A stretch of 64,000 nt of DNA from a virus (Duplodnaviria; Caudoviricetes), in the IMG/VR virus record IMGVR_UViG_3300027234_000002, positions 4,470 through 68,469 of that record; one strand, given 5' to 3'. The notes below the pieces were generated by a model, which worked only from the letters and a program-made list of their open reading frames with translations, made no database searches and was not told where the DNA came from. Below are positions 40,163 to 49,754 of the stretch, piece after piece (within the stretch, counting starts at the first letter, position 1; each line of letters begins with the position of its first letter). Both the position numbers and the translations under genes were made by a program.

Positions 40163-41635
40163 TTAATATGTTGATTTAGATTTTTCAGTACAGTAATCAA
40201 AATTACTTGTACTAGAATTATAAGTTACACATTGCTTATTTGCTCTGTATGCAGGGAACTTATCTTTATCAGAATCACTATAGTAACTCTTAAATTTTGT
40301 TCCTCCTACTCCTACCCAAAAAGCTCTTTTGTCATAAGTAGCACAGTTGTCTTCACCATCTGTAATAATTACAGAATTGTTTCCATTCTCCTTAATTTTT
40401 GCTATAACTTTCTCAAAATTAGTTCCACCGGATCTAGAAAATGAAAGAATACTAAATTCATTGATATTTTCAATCTTATAAAGATTGTTATCAAAGAAAT
40501 ATAGATTATCAATCATCCCCATTCTGAATAGAACCATGGCTATACCTTTAACAAGGTCAGACATTCTGATTCTTGTACCTTCAAAATATTCAGTAGAACT
40601 CATAGAGCCTGAGCAATCTAGAAATAAATCTATTTTACCTTTGTAGACTCTAGTTTCATTACCAATATCCATAAGATTAGCATTCTTAAATACTGGATGT
40701 AGAAATTCTAATCCAAATAAATCTTCACACTCTTCACAGTCAAATAAAGACTCTTCAATTCTATTGAATTTTGTAGAAAAATAGTTTTGAGATTCATTAA
40801 GTACTTTTTCAAGTACCTTTCCAATGCTCTCTTTATTGATTGAAACATTTGCAAGAGCATATTTCAAGTCATCTATTTTTTCTAGAAATTCTGGCTCGGA
40901 TTCAGCTAAATCTTTCATTGCTTCTTTACCCAACTGATCCTCCATCTTTTTAATCTTGTCATCAGCATCATCCATTGCTTTTTGAATATTATTCTCAGCT
41001 TTATCTAATGCATCCTGAACATCTTTGTCATAAGAAGCTCTTGTTGAACTTCCATCACCTTTTCCAGCAGAATCATTATTCTGATCACCACTACCTTGAT
41101 CTTGACCATCTCCACCATCTCCACCATCTTGACCTTGACCCTCTCCTTCTCCATCTTGAGGATCTCCAAGTCCAGTAGGTGATTTACCTTGCTGCTCTTG
41201 CTTATCTTTAATATCTTCATGTATTTTCTGAAGTGCTAAAGCTAATTCTCTTGTAAGAATTTGAGTATAAAGAGGTGAATCTTTTGTTACTACCTTAGTT
41301 AGAGAATTGTAAACTTTGTCAAGTACTTGGTGCCTAACAGAATTGTTATTACTCTTGGGCCTTCTCTTAACATCTTCATTTACATACATGCTGTAAACGT
41401 CATTAATTAATTCCTGTGGTAAATCACAATCTTGCCCTGTTTGCTTACTTACATAATCTCTTACTTTACGAAGTCTACTCTCTTCATAACTAGTAACACC
41501 TGGGATTATAACATGCTTGTCTTTTCTGAATCCGAATGCTCCATTCCCATTGTTACTATATCTATTAAAAGGGTCATAACTAGGGGCATTTAAGCCCCCA
41601 GATAATGAACCAGTTCTTCTTTTAAAAAAACTCAT
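40163..41635 (-). CDS. von Willebrand factor A domain protein (ViaA-like partner of the MoxR ATPase)
   Basis: MIDAS motifs DCSGSM, GGTNF and ITDGED; Gly/Asp/Gln low-complexity linker. Confidence 0.85.
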   Translation of the reverse strand: MSFFKRRTGSLSGGLNAPSYDPFNRYSNNGNGAFGFRKDKHVIIPGVTSYEESRLRKVRDYVSKQTGQDCDLPQELINDVYSMYVNEDVKRRPKSNNNSVRHQVLDKVYNSLTKVVTKDSPLYTQILTRELALALQKIHEDIKDKQEQQGKSPTGLGDPQDGEGEGQGQDGGDGGDGQDQGSGDQNNDSAGKGDGSSTRASYDKDVQDALDKAENNIQKAMDDADDKIKKMEDQLGKEAMKDLAESEPEFLEKIDDLKYALANVSINKESIGKVLEKVLNESQNYFSTKFNRIEESLFDCEECEDLFGLEFLHPVFKNANLMDIGNETRVYKGKIDLFLDCSGSMSSTEYFEGTRIRMSDLVKGIAMVLFRMGMIDNLYFFDNNLYKIENINEFSILSFSRSGGTNFEKVIAKIKENGNNSVIITDGEDNCATYDKRAFWVGVGGTKFKSYYSDSDKDKFPAYRANKQCVTYNSSTSNFDYCTEKSKSTY

Positions 41636-41648
41636 ATTATTTGTATTA

Positions 41649-42686
41649 TTAATTAAACTGTTTTAGGATATCTTCATCATCATCTTTTAAGAATGATAAT
41701 TTAGCTTCCTCTTCTGAAATTTTGTTTTGAATGTCTTCAAAATCTGACTGAGATAATTTACCTGAAGCTTTCGCCACTGTAAATGCTTTGTCTAATTGAT
41801 CAAATCTCTCATTGTAGTCCTCTGTAGATGAACACTGACCAATTGTATCAACAATGTCATATACTGCTCTAATCTCTTTAGCTACTAAATTCTTAGCTAA
41901 ATTCTTAGCCGCCTCTTTACTAACTAACAACTCAGTAGTCTTAATGAAAGCTTTGTCTTCACTTAGCTTCCATATAACCATTACATTCTTTACCATTGTA
42001 GGTAAGAAAGTTATAGCTCTATCAGATAAGTTTTTGTAAACTTGATCTAAAGTCTTCTGAATCTTGTCTGGATTAAGAGTTATTGCAGATATTTGTGTTT
42101 CATCTGGCATTGGTATGCTGTGCTTTTGCATGTGAGTCTTACCTCCTTTTGCAAAATACTTTAGCATGTCGTTCTGAGATAATCTGTTCACTTGGTGAGT
42201 GATTAAAAATCTGTCCCAAAATGGAGAACCTACCTCATCATCTGGAATTTCATTACAAGTTGCAATGAAGTTATTCCATTTACAATCTAATCTTTCTTTT
42301 CCATTGAATAAGATTCTCTCATTCATTATACCTAATAATGAGTTTCTTAATGAAGCAGATGCTTTATCAATCTCATTAATAACTACAACCTCAGCTTTAG
42401 CTACAGGAGAATCAATTTTATACTCATTCTTTGTAGTTAACGCTTCTAAATCTATATTACCTTTTACAGCATTAGATCTAGTTCCTTCATCAGTCTCCAA
42501 TAAGAATAAATCATCTCCTTCAAGTTTACCACCTAATCTTGCTCTAGCAAAATCTATTACAGCTGCAGTCTTTGCAACTCCAGGAGGTCCAATTAATAAT
42601 ATTGGTGAATTAGTGGCTTCACCTAATGCCATTACTCTAAATGTTTCTAATTTTTTAACTAAATTAGTTTCAATTGTTCTAACCAT
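41649..42686 (-). CDS. MoxR/RavA-like AAA+ ATPase
   Basis: LLIGPPGVAKT Walker A, INEIDKA Walker B region, N.LL.IMNER, ATCNEIP and DRF motifs; adjacent to vWA gene. Confidence 0.85.
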   Translation of the reverse strand: MVRTIETNLVKKLETFRVMALGEATNSPILLIGPPGVAKTAAVIDFARARLGGKLEGDDLFLLETDEGTRSNAVKGNIDLEALTTKNEYKIDSPVAKAEVVVINEIDKASASLRNSLLGIMNERILFNGKERLDCKWNNFIATCNEIPDDEVGSPFWDRFLITHQVNRLSQNDMLKYFAKGGKTHMQKHSIPMPDETQISAITLNPDKIQKTLDQVYKNLSDRAITFLPTMVKNVMVIWKLSEDKAFIKTTELLVSKEAAKNLAKNLVAKEIRAVYDIVDTIGQCSSTEDYNERFDQLDKAFTVAKASGKLSQSDFEDIQNKISEEEAKLSFLKDDDEDILKQFN

Positions 42687-42696
42687 GATTTTAAAT

Positions 42697-43758
42697 TTAA
42701 ATGTTATATTGTTTTATTTTTTCTTTTACTAGAGAAATAATCATATTTCTCGTATTTTCAACTCCTTGTTTTTCCCTGAAGTCAGAGGGATCTTTTAATT
42801 GAAACACATCAGGTATTAAAATATCTAATATGTCAAAATCTTTTGCAAGTTTCTCACCTGCTAATTTTCCTGCATTAGTTTCTTTGAATTGATCATTATC
42901 ATACATTACAAACACATGCTTAAATCTGTTCTTTAATTCTTCCATTACAGAAGGCTTAGGATTGACAGACTCACTTTGAAGTGAACATGATGTAATCATT
43001 GATGATGGAAATAAAGATTTTATAACCATAGAATCTTTTCTACTGCTTGCAATTATGCAGATATTACCTTCATCAGGTAATTGGGTCCACAATTCCCATA
43101 CTGAATAATTGTTATTATTCAGCCATTTGTGCCCCTTAGAATAAGGTTGATACAATTTAAAAGTTTGAACTCCATCTTTATCTTCTACAAATACATAAGC
43201 ATGCTTTTCAGCAACACTACAGTGTCCTTGTAGAAAAAAGTGAGAAATAGGATATACATTACAATGATCCAGCTGTTCTTTACTTAGCCCAAATCTGTCC
43301 TGCCAAAACTCTTTATCCCATTTTTTCCATCTTCTAACTCTTACTCTTATGTCAACTTTGTTCCTTAGAATTTTCTTTATTTTCTCAAAGTCTTTAACCT
43401 CATTACTTCTGGGTGCAGAATGTACAATAGAATCAGACCTGAATTGTGTCAATCCAAAGTCAATTACTACCTGATTGATAGCATCTGTTAACTTTATGTA
43501 CTTAAATAATCTCATTACAAATATCAAGGCATCACCTTTTTCACCTGTCTTGAAATCTTTAAAAAATAACTGATCATATTCATCACTATAAAATATAGAG
43601 AATGAAGGATTAACTTCTGTTCTTAGAGGGCTATTGATAGCTCCTTTAGGAATTCCTCCTAAATAATGATCAAATATTTGTGCTCCAGAAACTACTTTAA
43701 ATAATTCTTTTGATGTTGCATATCTAATGTTAACATCTTTACTCTTTCCAAATCCCAT
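42697..43758 (-). CDS. DnaG-like DNA primase (likely start ATG 43758)
   Basis: SPLR...NPSF....FKDF.TG..GD N-domain; TOPRIM S.KD and YDND. Confidence 0.85.
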   Translation of the reverse strand: MGFGKSKDVNIRYATSKELFKVVSGAQIFDHYLGGIPKGAINSPLRTEVNPSFSIFYSDEYDQLFFKDFKTGEKGDALIFVMRLFKYIKLTDAINQVVIDFGLTQFRSDSIVHSAPRSNEVKDFEKIKKILRNKVDIRVRVRRWKKWDKEFWQDRFGLSKEQLDHCNVYPISHFFLQGHCSVAEKHAYVFVEDKDGVQTFKLYQPYSKGHKWLNNNNYSVWELWTQLPDEGNICIIASSRKDSMVIKSLFPSSMITSCSLQSESVNPKPSVMEELKNRFKHVFVMYDNDQFKETNAGKLAGEKLAKDFDILDILIPDVFQLKDPSDFREKQGVENTRNMIISLVKEKIKQYNI

Positions 43759-43771
43759 AATAAATGATATT

Positions 43772-43801
43772 AAAAAAGGGCATGACAATGTCACACCCTT
43801 T
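43772..43801 (-). terminator. Intrinsic terminator after the 43823-44773 gene
   Basis: AAAGGG..TGACA/TGTCA..CCCTTT with T-tract on the - strand. Confidence 0.65.
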
Positions 43802-43822
43802 ATTGATTAAACTAAATTTTAC

Positions 43823-44773
43823 TTAAGCGTTCATCCAGTCATCTGTTGCATTAACAAACTCATCTTGAGCTCCACTTGCTGTTTCAAAAACATCTAATTG
43901 ATTGCTATTGTCTGCAGTAATGTTAGTAGCACCTACAACATATTCTTTAACGTCATAAGAACCTTCTCCAGTTTCAGAGTCAACTCCGAAATCTACATTT
44001 CCGAATGCTCCTGCTGCTACAGAACTTACTAAATCCTTCTTAAGCCACTTGTACTTGTCAGCTCTAGTTGAAGACTTAGTGTACTGACGTAAAGTCTTTC
44101 TATTATAGATAGTCTGAACTAATTTTCCATCAGCTTTAGTCTTAACACCTAATAATACTCCAATTTTATTGTTTGTATTATTGATGATTCCTTGAAGTAA
44201 ACTTAAGTCTCCTGCAAAGATTTTAGCCCACTGCTGAGCACTTATAGAAGCAAAAGCATCAGATGGATCTGATAATTCATCAATCTTGAATGGAAGATTC
44301 AATAAGTTAACTAAGAAGTCAATTAAATGATCCTCACCTCTTTTAGCAACTTTCAATCCTGACGTATTAAACCATTGCATGTTTTCTGGTAAAGTTTTAG
44401 TCTGAACTTCTTCTTTTGTCAACCATGTTGTTCTACCAAATGAATTGATAACTTTGTACTTACCACTTTGAGATAAGTGATGTGTATCAGCAATATAGAA
44501 TTGTGCCTTAGTAGTTATTGAGTTATCCTCATTAGCTAAATACAAGTCAATTCTGTATTGTGGTACAGTTCTTTTTCCATCTCCATCTTCAACATCAGTT
44601 TCTCCTATATACTCTGGAGTGAAATTTAATTCTCTTCCATAAATAGCCTCTAACTCAGCTTTTGTTGGGTTAACTGCTACTACTTTGAAGTTCTCTACTC
44701 CAGTGTAATACTTTACTACCGGTCCTTCCTGTACATCTTGACTTGCTCCGAAGCCATTTTGATTGTCATTCAT
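43823..44773 (-). CDS. Conserved crAss-like replication protein, putative ssDNA-binding protein
   Basis: Y.GV....V..VNP.K.EL..IYG, GK...IN..G...W motifs; acidic C-terminal tail ending DDW. Confidence 0.55.
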   Translation of the reverse strand: MNDNQNGFGASQDVQEGPVVKYYTGVENFKVVAVNPTKAELEAIYGRELNFTPEYIGETDVEDGDGKRTVPQYRIDLYLANEDNSITTKAQFYIADTHHLSQSGKYKVINSFGRTTWLTKEEVQTKTLPENMQWFNTSGLKVAKRGEDHLIDFLVNLLNLPFKIDELSDPSDAFASISAQQWAKIFAGDLSLLQGIINNTNNKIGVLLGVKTKADGKLVQTIYNRKTLRQYTKSSTRADKYKWLKKDLVSSVAAGAFGNVDFGVDSETGEGSYDVKEYVVGATNITADNSNQLDVFETASGAQDEFVNATDDWMNA

Positions 44774-44822
44774 ACTCTTTTAAAAATTTAAAAATTTATA
44801 ATTAATTTAATGCCTAATAGTC

Positions 44823-45491
44823 TTACCAATTTCCTTCAGTCTCAACTTGAACTGCTTCAGATCTCTGGATATTGAAATTACTGTCATTAGACTCAACAGC
44901 TTGAACTGGTTGTTCTGGTTGTACTTCTTCGAAAGTAACATCCTGAACAATAACTTGATCGTTAATGTTAACATCAGTAGTTTCATCTTGAGTACAATCT
45001 TTATCACCACAACAGTCTTCACTTTTCATTACTGACATAGAGAAAGACTCAACACCATCTGTGTCAAAAGATTCTAAAGAAAATTCATTCTCAACACTAT
45101 TATCTAAACCATAATAGTTTGCTATTTCATTAGCAATACTTGAAGATGAGATAGCTTTACCTCTTTCTTTTGTGGATTCAAAACTTACTTTATTCTTAGA
45201 TGTTCTGTATGTAGTCATAGACTCCATAACATCATTTCCTAACAAACTTGCGTTTGCTATTAAACCCATAGTTTCTCCTTCTACAAATCCAAATACAATT
45301 TGTTGAACTTCTGACATCTCAAGGTTTAATACTTCAGAAGCTTTAGCATTAAATAATACTCTTCTACTTCTTCCTCCTTCTTTTGAAGGCTCTACTGTTA
45401 CTACAGCAGTGTTTGGATACTTAGCTGTTACTACAGGTGTATTTGATACACCAAACTTCTTTGCTCCAAAGATAATCACATTTTTACTCAT
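44823..45491 (-). CDS. Hypothetical protein with acidic C-terminus
   Basis: 222-aa ORF. Confidence 0.6.
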   Translation of the reverse strand: MSKNVIIFGAKKFGVSNTPVVTAKYPNTAVVTVEPSKEGGRSRRVLFNAKASEVLNLEMSEVQQIVFGFVEGETMGLIANASLLGNDVMESMTTYRTSKNKVSFESTKERGKAISSSSIANEIANYYGLDNSVENEFSLESFDTDGVESFSMSVMKSEDCCGDKDCTQDETTDVNINDQVIVQDVTFEEVQPEQPVQAVESNDSNFNIQRSEAVQVETEGNW

Positions 45492-45524
45492 TTTTGCTTA
45501 ATTTATTGTGTTAATAATTGTTTT

Positions 45525-45554
45525 AAAAAAAATGATGGGGAATTTCACCCCATC
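45525..45554 (-). terminator. Intrinsic terminator
   Basis: GATGGGG/CCCCATC stem followed by a T-run on the - strand. Confidence 0.75.
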
Positions 45555-45579
45555 GATTGAAAGCTGGTTAGTTTGACTC

Positions 45580-46275
45580 TTAGCCTTCTTCGTATTCTCT
45601 TATAGCTTCAATAACAGCTTTCATGTCATTAGGAATAATTTTTCCCTCAAACATATCTGCTGGACTCTTAGCCATATTTGTTGTGTTATTCTGAGTCATA
45701 AACCCATAAGTAACGTCATTGCCTTTCTTTTCAACTATAGTCTCTAATATAACACTGAACATTCCTTCAGGCTTAACAACATCCTGAACTAATTTACCTC
45801 CTGGAACTCCAAATACAGTTCTATCAACTCCATTAAATGTCTTGACTTCAGTGTGAGCCATAACTATTACAGTTAAGTCATCTCTTAATTTATCAATCAT
45901 TTTTAAAGTCTTATACACATTGTCTCCCATTTCTGTAAACTTTGCATATCCTACTGTTTTAGCCTTTTCCATAAACTCTGCAATCATTGCATATGTAATA
46001 GTGTCTATTACGACAGTTTTTATATCAGGTCTATTTTTGTCTACAAAATTCAATGCAGTCTGTATTGCTTTCCAAGCTGTATTCTTGAAGTAATTACATG
46101 TCTTTGGATTGAAATTTCCAGATGAATCTTGCATAATGTAATTCTTCTTCCATCCTCTAAATGGTGGTGCCTTTTCATCTGGACAAATGATGAATGTTTC
46201 TTTAGGATCTAATGTTCCTAAAGAGAAAGTTTTTCCTGTCCCACTGTATCCAGTGATTAAAATTTTACTTGCCAT
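45580..46275 (-). CDS. AAA_24-family P-loop ATPase (Sak4-like recombination protein; likely start ATG 46275)
   Basis: ITGYSGTGKT Walker A, VVIDT Walker B, V.AH, GK......PEG.F and AKSP..MF motifs. Confidence 0.8.
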   Translation of the reverse strand: MASKILITGYSGTGKTFSLGTLDPKETFIICPDEKAPPFRGWKKNYIMQDSSGNFNPKTCNYFKNTAWKAIQTALNFVDKNRPDIKTVVIDTITYAMIAEFMEKAKTVGYAKFTEMGDNVYKTLKMIDKLRDDLTVIVMAHTEVKTFNGVDRTVFGVPGGKLVQDVVKPEGMFSVILETIVEKKGNDVTYGFMTQNNTTNMAKSPADMFEGKIIPNDMKAVIEAIREYEEG

Positions 46276-46279
46276 AATA

Positions 46280-46609
46280 TTAATTATTATTTTTTCCTTT
46301 TTTTGATTCTTCAATCAGACTCTTTAAGATACTCTTAGAAAGTAAGAATGCTATTTCTCTAGCTGAGAAATATTTCTCTAAAGATGAAGCTGCAATTTCT
46401 ACAGGATTTCTTTCTTTACCTGCTGAACTCATATTACTCTGCACACTCTCAAAGAATAATTCATTTCTTTCAGAAAATGTTGAGCTATCATCTGTTTTTA
46501 ATCCACAAGAGTGCATATCACTTTTTATATCCTCATTGTTGTAATCTGAATAATCATCAATCTCTATTGATGGTGTTTTTTTCCTTTTTAGGAAGAAATC
46601 TTCTGCCAT
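46280..46609 (-). CDS. Hypothetical protein
   Basis: 109-aa ORF. Confidence 0.55.
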   Translation of the reverse strand: MAEDFFLKRKKTPSIEIDDYSDYNNEDIKSDMHSCGLKTDDSSTFSERNELFFESVQSNMSSAGKERNPVEIAASSLEKYFSAREIAFLLSKSILKSLIEESKKGKNNN

Positions 46610-46665
46610 TATTTTAATGTTTTAAAGTTACTAAAGTACTAATAATTTGCGACATACGCAAGATT

Positions 46666-47058
46666 TTAGCTAAATTTCCTAGATACTAATTTCTCAATTT
46701 TCTTCCATTTAGGAAGTCCATTTAAACATTTGTCATCTATGTACAAGTCTGCTGATATCTTACGACAATCTGCACCGTATTGCTCAATGATATGAGGAAA
46801 ATTACAATTAACATAATGATAAGGAATATCATTTCTATGAAGCCATTTAATAGCATCTGATAATTCTATTCCCTCTCTACATGTGTTTATTATAATTCCA
46901 TAACCATTCTCAACAAATCTTCTTATTACTAAGCCTGCATTTTTTCTCTGCATACCTAAGTCAGGATAATTGCTCATGCATATTGTCCTATCAAAATCAA
47001 TAGCTAGTATTGCTTTAAAATTGGTCACATACTTTTTAATCTGACTACTATTCTTCAT
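46666..47058 (-). CDS. HAD-superfamily phosphatase-like protein
   Basis: IAIDFD.TI, INTCREG, K..ADLYIDDK motifs. Confidence 0.8.
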   Translation of the reverse strand: MKNSSQIKKYVTNFKAILAIDFDRTICMSNYPDLGMQRKNAGLVIRRFVENGYGIIINTCREGIELSDAIKWLHRNDIPYHYVNCNFPHIIEQYGADCRKISADLYIDDKCLNGLPKWKKIEKLVSRKFS

Positions 47059-48005
47059 TAGACTAAATTTAAAGATTTAACTTTTTCTATTAATTCTTCA
47101 ATACTACCATTGTTGTCTATCACATAATCGAAATTATGATTGTCTAAAGCTGTTTCTGAAGGGTGTTCTACAATTTTATCTTCCCATTTTAAAACATTTG
47201 GTATATTAACTCCTGAAGAATCATACCAACCATTATAATCCCAAAAACAAGTCCATTCTATTTCTTCACCATTATCTAACTTTCTTATTACTTCAACTAA
47301 TCCTTTAGGTTTAGTTCCTTCTGAAATAAAATGTTTATTTTTATTTCTTTCAACCCTAATAACAATACCACCTCTATCTTTAATAGCTTTAGCTTCGTTA
47401 GGAAATCTAACATCTGTTATAATCCAATTGGGGAAACACATTTCTACAGGCTCTTTCATGTCATCTGTAGCACCTAAATATTTACCCTTATAGTCAGCAA
47501 ACAAAGCATTTACCCAAATGTTAGGGTGTATAATTTGTCTACCACATTCAGTACCTAGAAGTTGTAGAAGAATTCTTGGTGTCATTGTTATATCTTCACA
47601 GGCTATATAAACCTCTTGATTATAATTTTCATCATAGTGACTTAAATCCGCTTCTGCTTCTTCTTTAGATAAATAAGTTGCTAACTTGTTGTGGTTAGAT
47701 TGAATGTACCATAAAGTTTTATCCCACTCTTCACCAAGTTCTTTTTCTTTAAAATCTCTATCTTCTAATTGTTCTCTAGTACAACCAATCCATCTACAAA
47801 CAGTGTCTTTAATTTCATCTGCAAACTTTTTGATTTGGTAAGGGTTAGAAGAATCTACATCACTAGGTTCTGCTATAAAATCTTCAACTTCTAAGTGCTG
47901 TCCATCTTCAGTGTTTTCAATGTCCCATAAAAATCTTATAATTTCTCCTACAGTATCTTTACCAAATCCTATCTTACCACTAATACCTATTAAATTTGTT
48001 TTCAT
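47058..48005 (-). CDS. Deoxynucleoside monophosphate kinase
   Basis: GISGK.G.GKDT, FAD..K, PR.LLQ.LGTE.GR, ITDVRFPNE and H.SE..LD motifs. Confidence 0.85.
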   Translation of the reverse strand: MKTNLIGISGKIGFGKDTVGEIIRFLWDIENTEDGQHLEVEDFIAEPSDVDSSNPYQIKKFADEIKDTVCRWIGCTREQLEDRDFKEKELGEEWDKTLWYIQSNHNKLATYLSKEEAEADLSHYDENYNQEVYIACEDITMTPRILLQLLGTECGRQIIHPNIWVNALFADYKGKYLGATDDMKEPVEMCFPNWIITDVRFPNEAKAIKDRGGIVIRVERNKNKHFISEGTKPKGLVEVIRKLDNGEEIEWTCFWDYNGWYDSSGVNIPNVLKWEDKIVEHPSETALDNHNFDYVIDNNGSIEELIEKVKSLNLV

Positions 48006-48015
48006 AAATTCTTGT

Positions 48016-48354
48016 TTAAAATGTTAATTTTCTTTTTGTAGCCACCCTTTTTTCAAACTTATTAAGATGGTCTGTTAAAAAGTTATTCACTATATCTAAA
48101 TCACGCTCTAATTTATCAATAGATGTTTCATCAAAATCAATAATAAATTTATCTGAGTAAGCTCTATATTCAAAAGCATCACACTCAATAGTCCAAGTCT
48201 CATAATCACTTCCAAAATAAAATTTAATTTGAAAATTATCATTTTTACTTATAAAATTGGTTTTACTTAACTCAAACTTATTCTTTGTAAGTAGACAGCT
48301 TTTATGGTATCGCCTAGCAATATCCATAAACAATTTAATCTGATCAACAAGCAT
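48016..48354 (-). CDS. Hypothetical protein
   Basis: 112 aa; ends KRKLTF, similar to the 49410 ORF end KRKLTLN. Confidence 0.5.
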   Translation of the reverse strand: MLVDQIKLFMDIARRYHKSCLLTKNKFELSKTNFISKNDNFQIKFYFGSDYETWTIECDAFEYRAYSDKFIIDFDETSIDKLERDLDIVNNFLTDHLNKFEKRVATKRKLTF

Positions 48355-49403
48355 TATTTATCTAATCTAAATCCATACATAACAGGATGTCTTGGAACAC
48401 CTGTATCCGAATATTCAAAGAATCTCAATTCGCAAGTTTTTCCAATGTGCTCAGCTTTATTTGCTAACAAATCTTCAGCTTCACTATGAGATAATGAAAT
48501 TCCTGCACCCAATCTGTTGTTTTCAGCTCCTTCCCAAAAGAAAATAGGCTTACCATGTGTAGGTCTTTTCTCTGATGGTATCACATCCATTAGCGTCAAA
48601 GACATATCTTCGAAATCTTTCAATTTCAATAAACTTGAACTTCTTCCATTAAGTTTGTATCCTTCATCACTGTGACGAACAATAGTTCCTTCATATCCCT
48701 TAGATATATTGTAAGCATGAAATTTCATTAATTCTTTTTTACCATATATGGTAGTTGTAGGAACTAGTTCTAAACTAGGATTCTTTGAACATATCTCACT
48801 TAATATTCTATACCTCTCATGAAATGGCCTATCAATAACAAGATCATAAACATGATACTTAACATTCTCAGTTTTACCTGGTCTATATTTTTTTATCATC
48901 CTCATGTTCTCTTGAAATGTCTCGCCGTGAGCATATAACTCACCATCAAGTATAACTTCTAAATAAGGGAATTGACTTGTAATATGGTTTAATGTCTCAA
49001 TCTTATTACCAGATCTTGACGTTAAAGTACCATTCTTGCAATCACCTAATCCACGCATACCATCTAATTTAGGTTGTGCATAACAAGGATATGTAACTTT
49101 CTTCTCTTCTTTTCCAAATACTTTTGCAAGCATTGGTAAAATTACCACAGTATTTTCAGCTTCTTCTTTAGTTTCAAAGTAACCTTCTTTCAGTTTCTTT
49201 GTATATTTAGCTTTAGCTTCTAATACTGCTTGCTCTTCTGCTGAAGTCTCATTAGATCTTCCAACATTTTTGGCTTTACATTGACTAATATTAGTCACAT
49301 CTTTGCCTCCTATAATTCCTGATACTTGAATAACTTTATCGCCATCAGTATCAATAGCAAGAAATCTAATTTTTCCTTTACTATCTTTCTTAAATAGTAC
49401 CAT
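48354..49403 (-). CDS. lig: ATP-dependent DNA ligase
   Basis: PMLA, QPKLDG.R motif I, LDGELY, YEG...R, LLKLK and R.P motifs. Confidence 0.92.
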   Translation of the reverse strand: MVLFKKDSKGKIRFLAIDTDGDKVIQVSGIIGGKDVTNISQCKAKNVGRSNETSAEEQAVLEAKAKYTKKLKEGYFETKEEAENTVVILPMLAKVFGKEEKKVTYPCYAQPKLDGMRGLGDCKNGTLTSRSGNKIETLNHITSQFPYLEVILDGELYAHGETFQENMRMIKKYRPGKTENVKYHVYDLVIDRPFHERYRILSEICSKNPSLELVPTTTIYGKKELMKFHAYNISKGYEGTIVRHSDEGYKLNGRSSSLLKLKDFEDMSLTLMDVIPSEKRPTHGKPIFFWEGAENNRLGAGISLSHSEAEDLLANKAEHIGKTCELRFFEYSDTGVPRHPVMYGFRLDK

Positions 49404-49409
49404 TTTTGT

Positions 49410-49754
49410 TTAATTTAGTGTTAATTTTCTTTTACTTGTTTTCTTTGACTTGAATTCCTCCTGAGCCCTAACTATTATGTTTACAACTTTATTCATAGCT
49501 GCATTCTGAAGTGATCCCTCTGTTAACCCAATAGATCCAGTAGATGAATTGTATCCAAAAATAATTTTTGTATCTGAAGCATCTCTTATTCTTATATTAA
49601 ATGAAGAATCTTCTTCATCTTGATAAAAATATAATTTAAAACCATTATCTTCAAAATATTTTCTTGAAGATTGGTCTATTTCTGAATTAGAGCTTAGTAA
49701 AAATCTTAATTCAAAAGACTCTTCTATTGCTCTTAGTATTAATTTATCTATCAT
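49410..49754 (-). CDS. Hypothetical protein
   Basis: 114-aa ORF. Confidence 0.5.
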   Translation of the reverse strand: MIDKLILRAIEESFELRFLLSSNSEIDQSSRKYFEDNGFKLYFYQDEEDSSFNIRIRDASDTKIIFGYNSSTGSIGLTEGSLQNAAMNKVVNIIVRAQEEFKSKKTSKRKLTLN

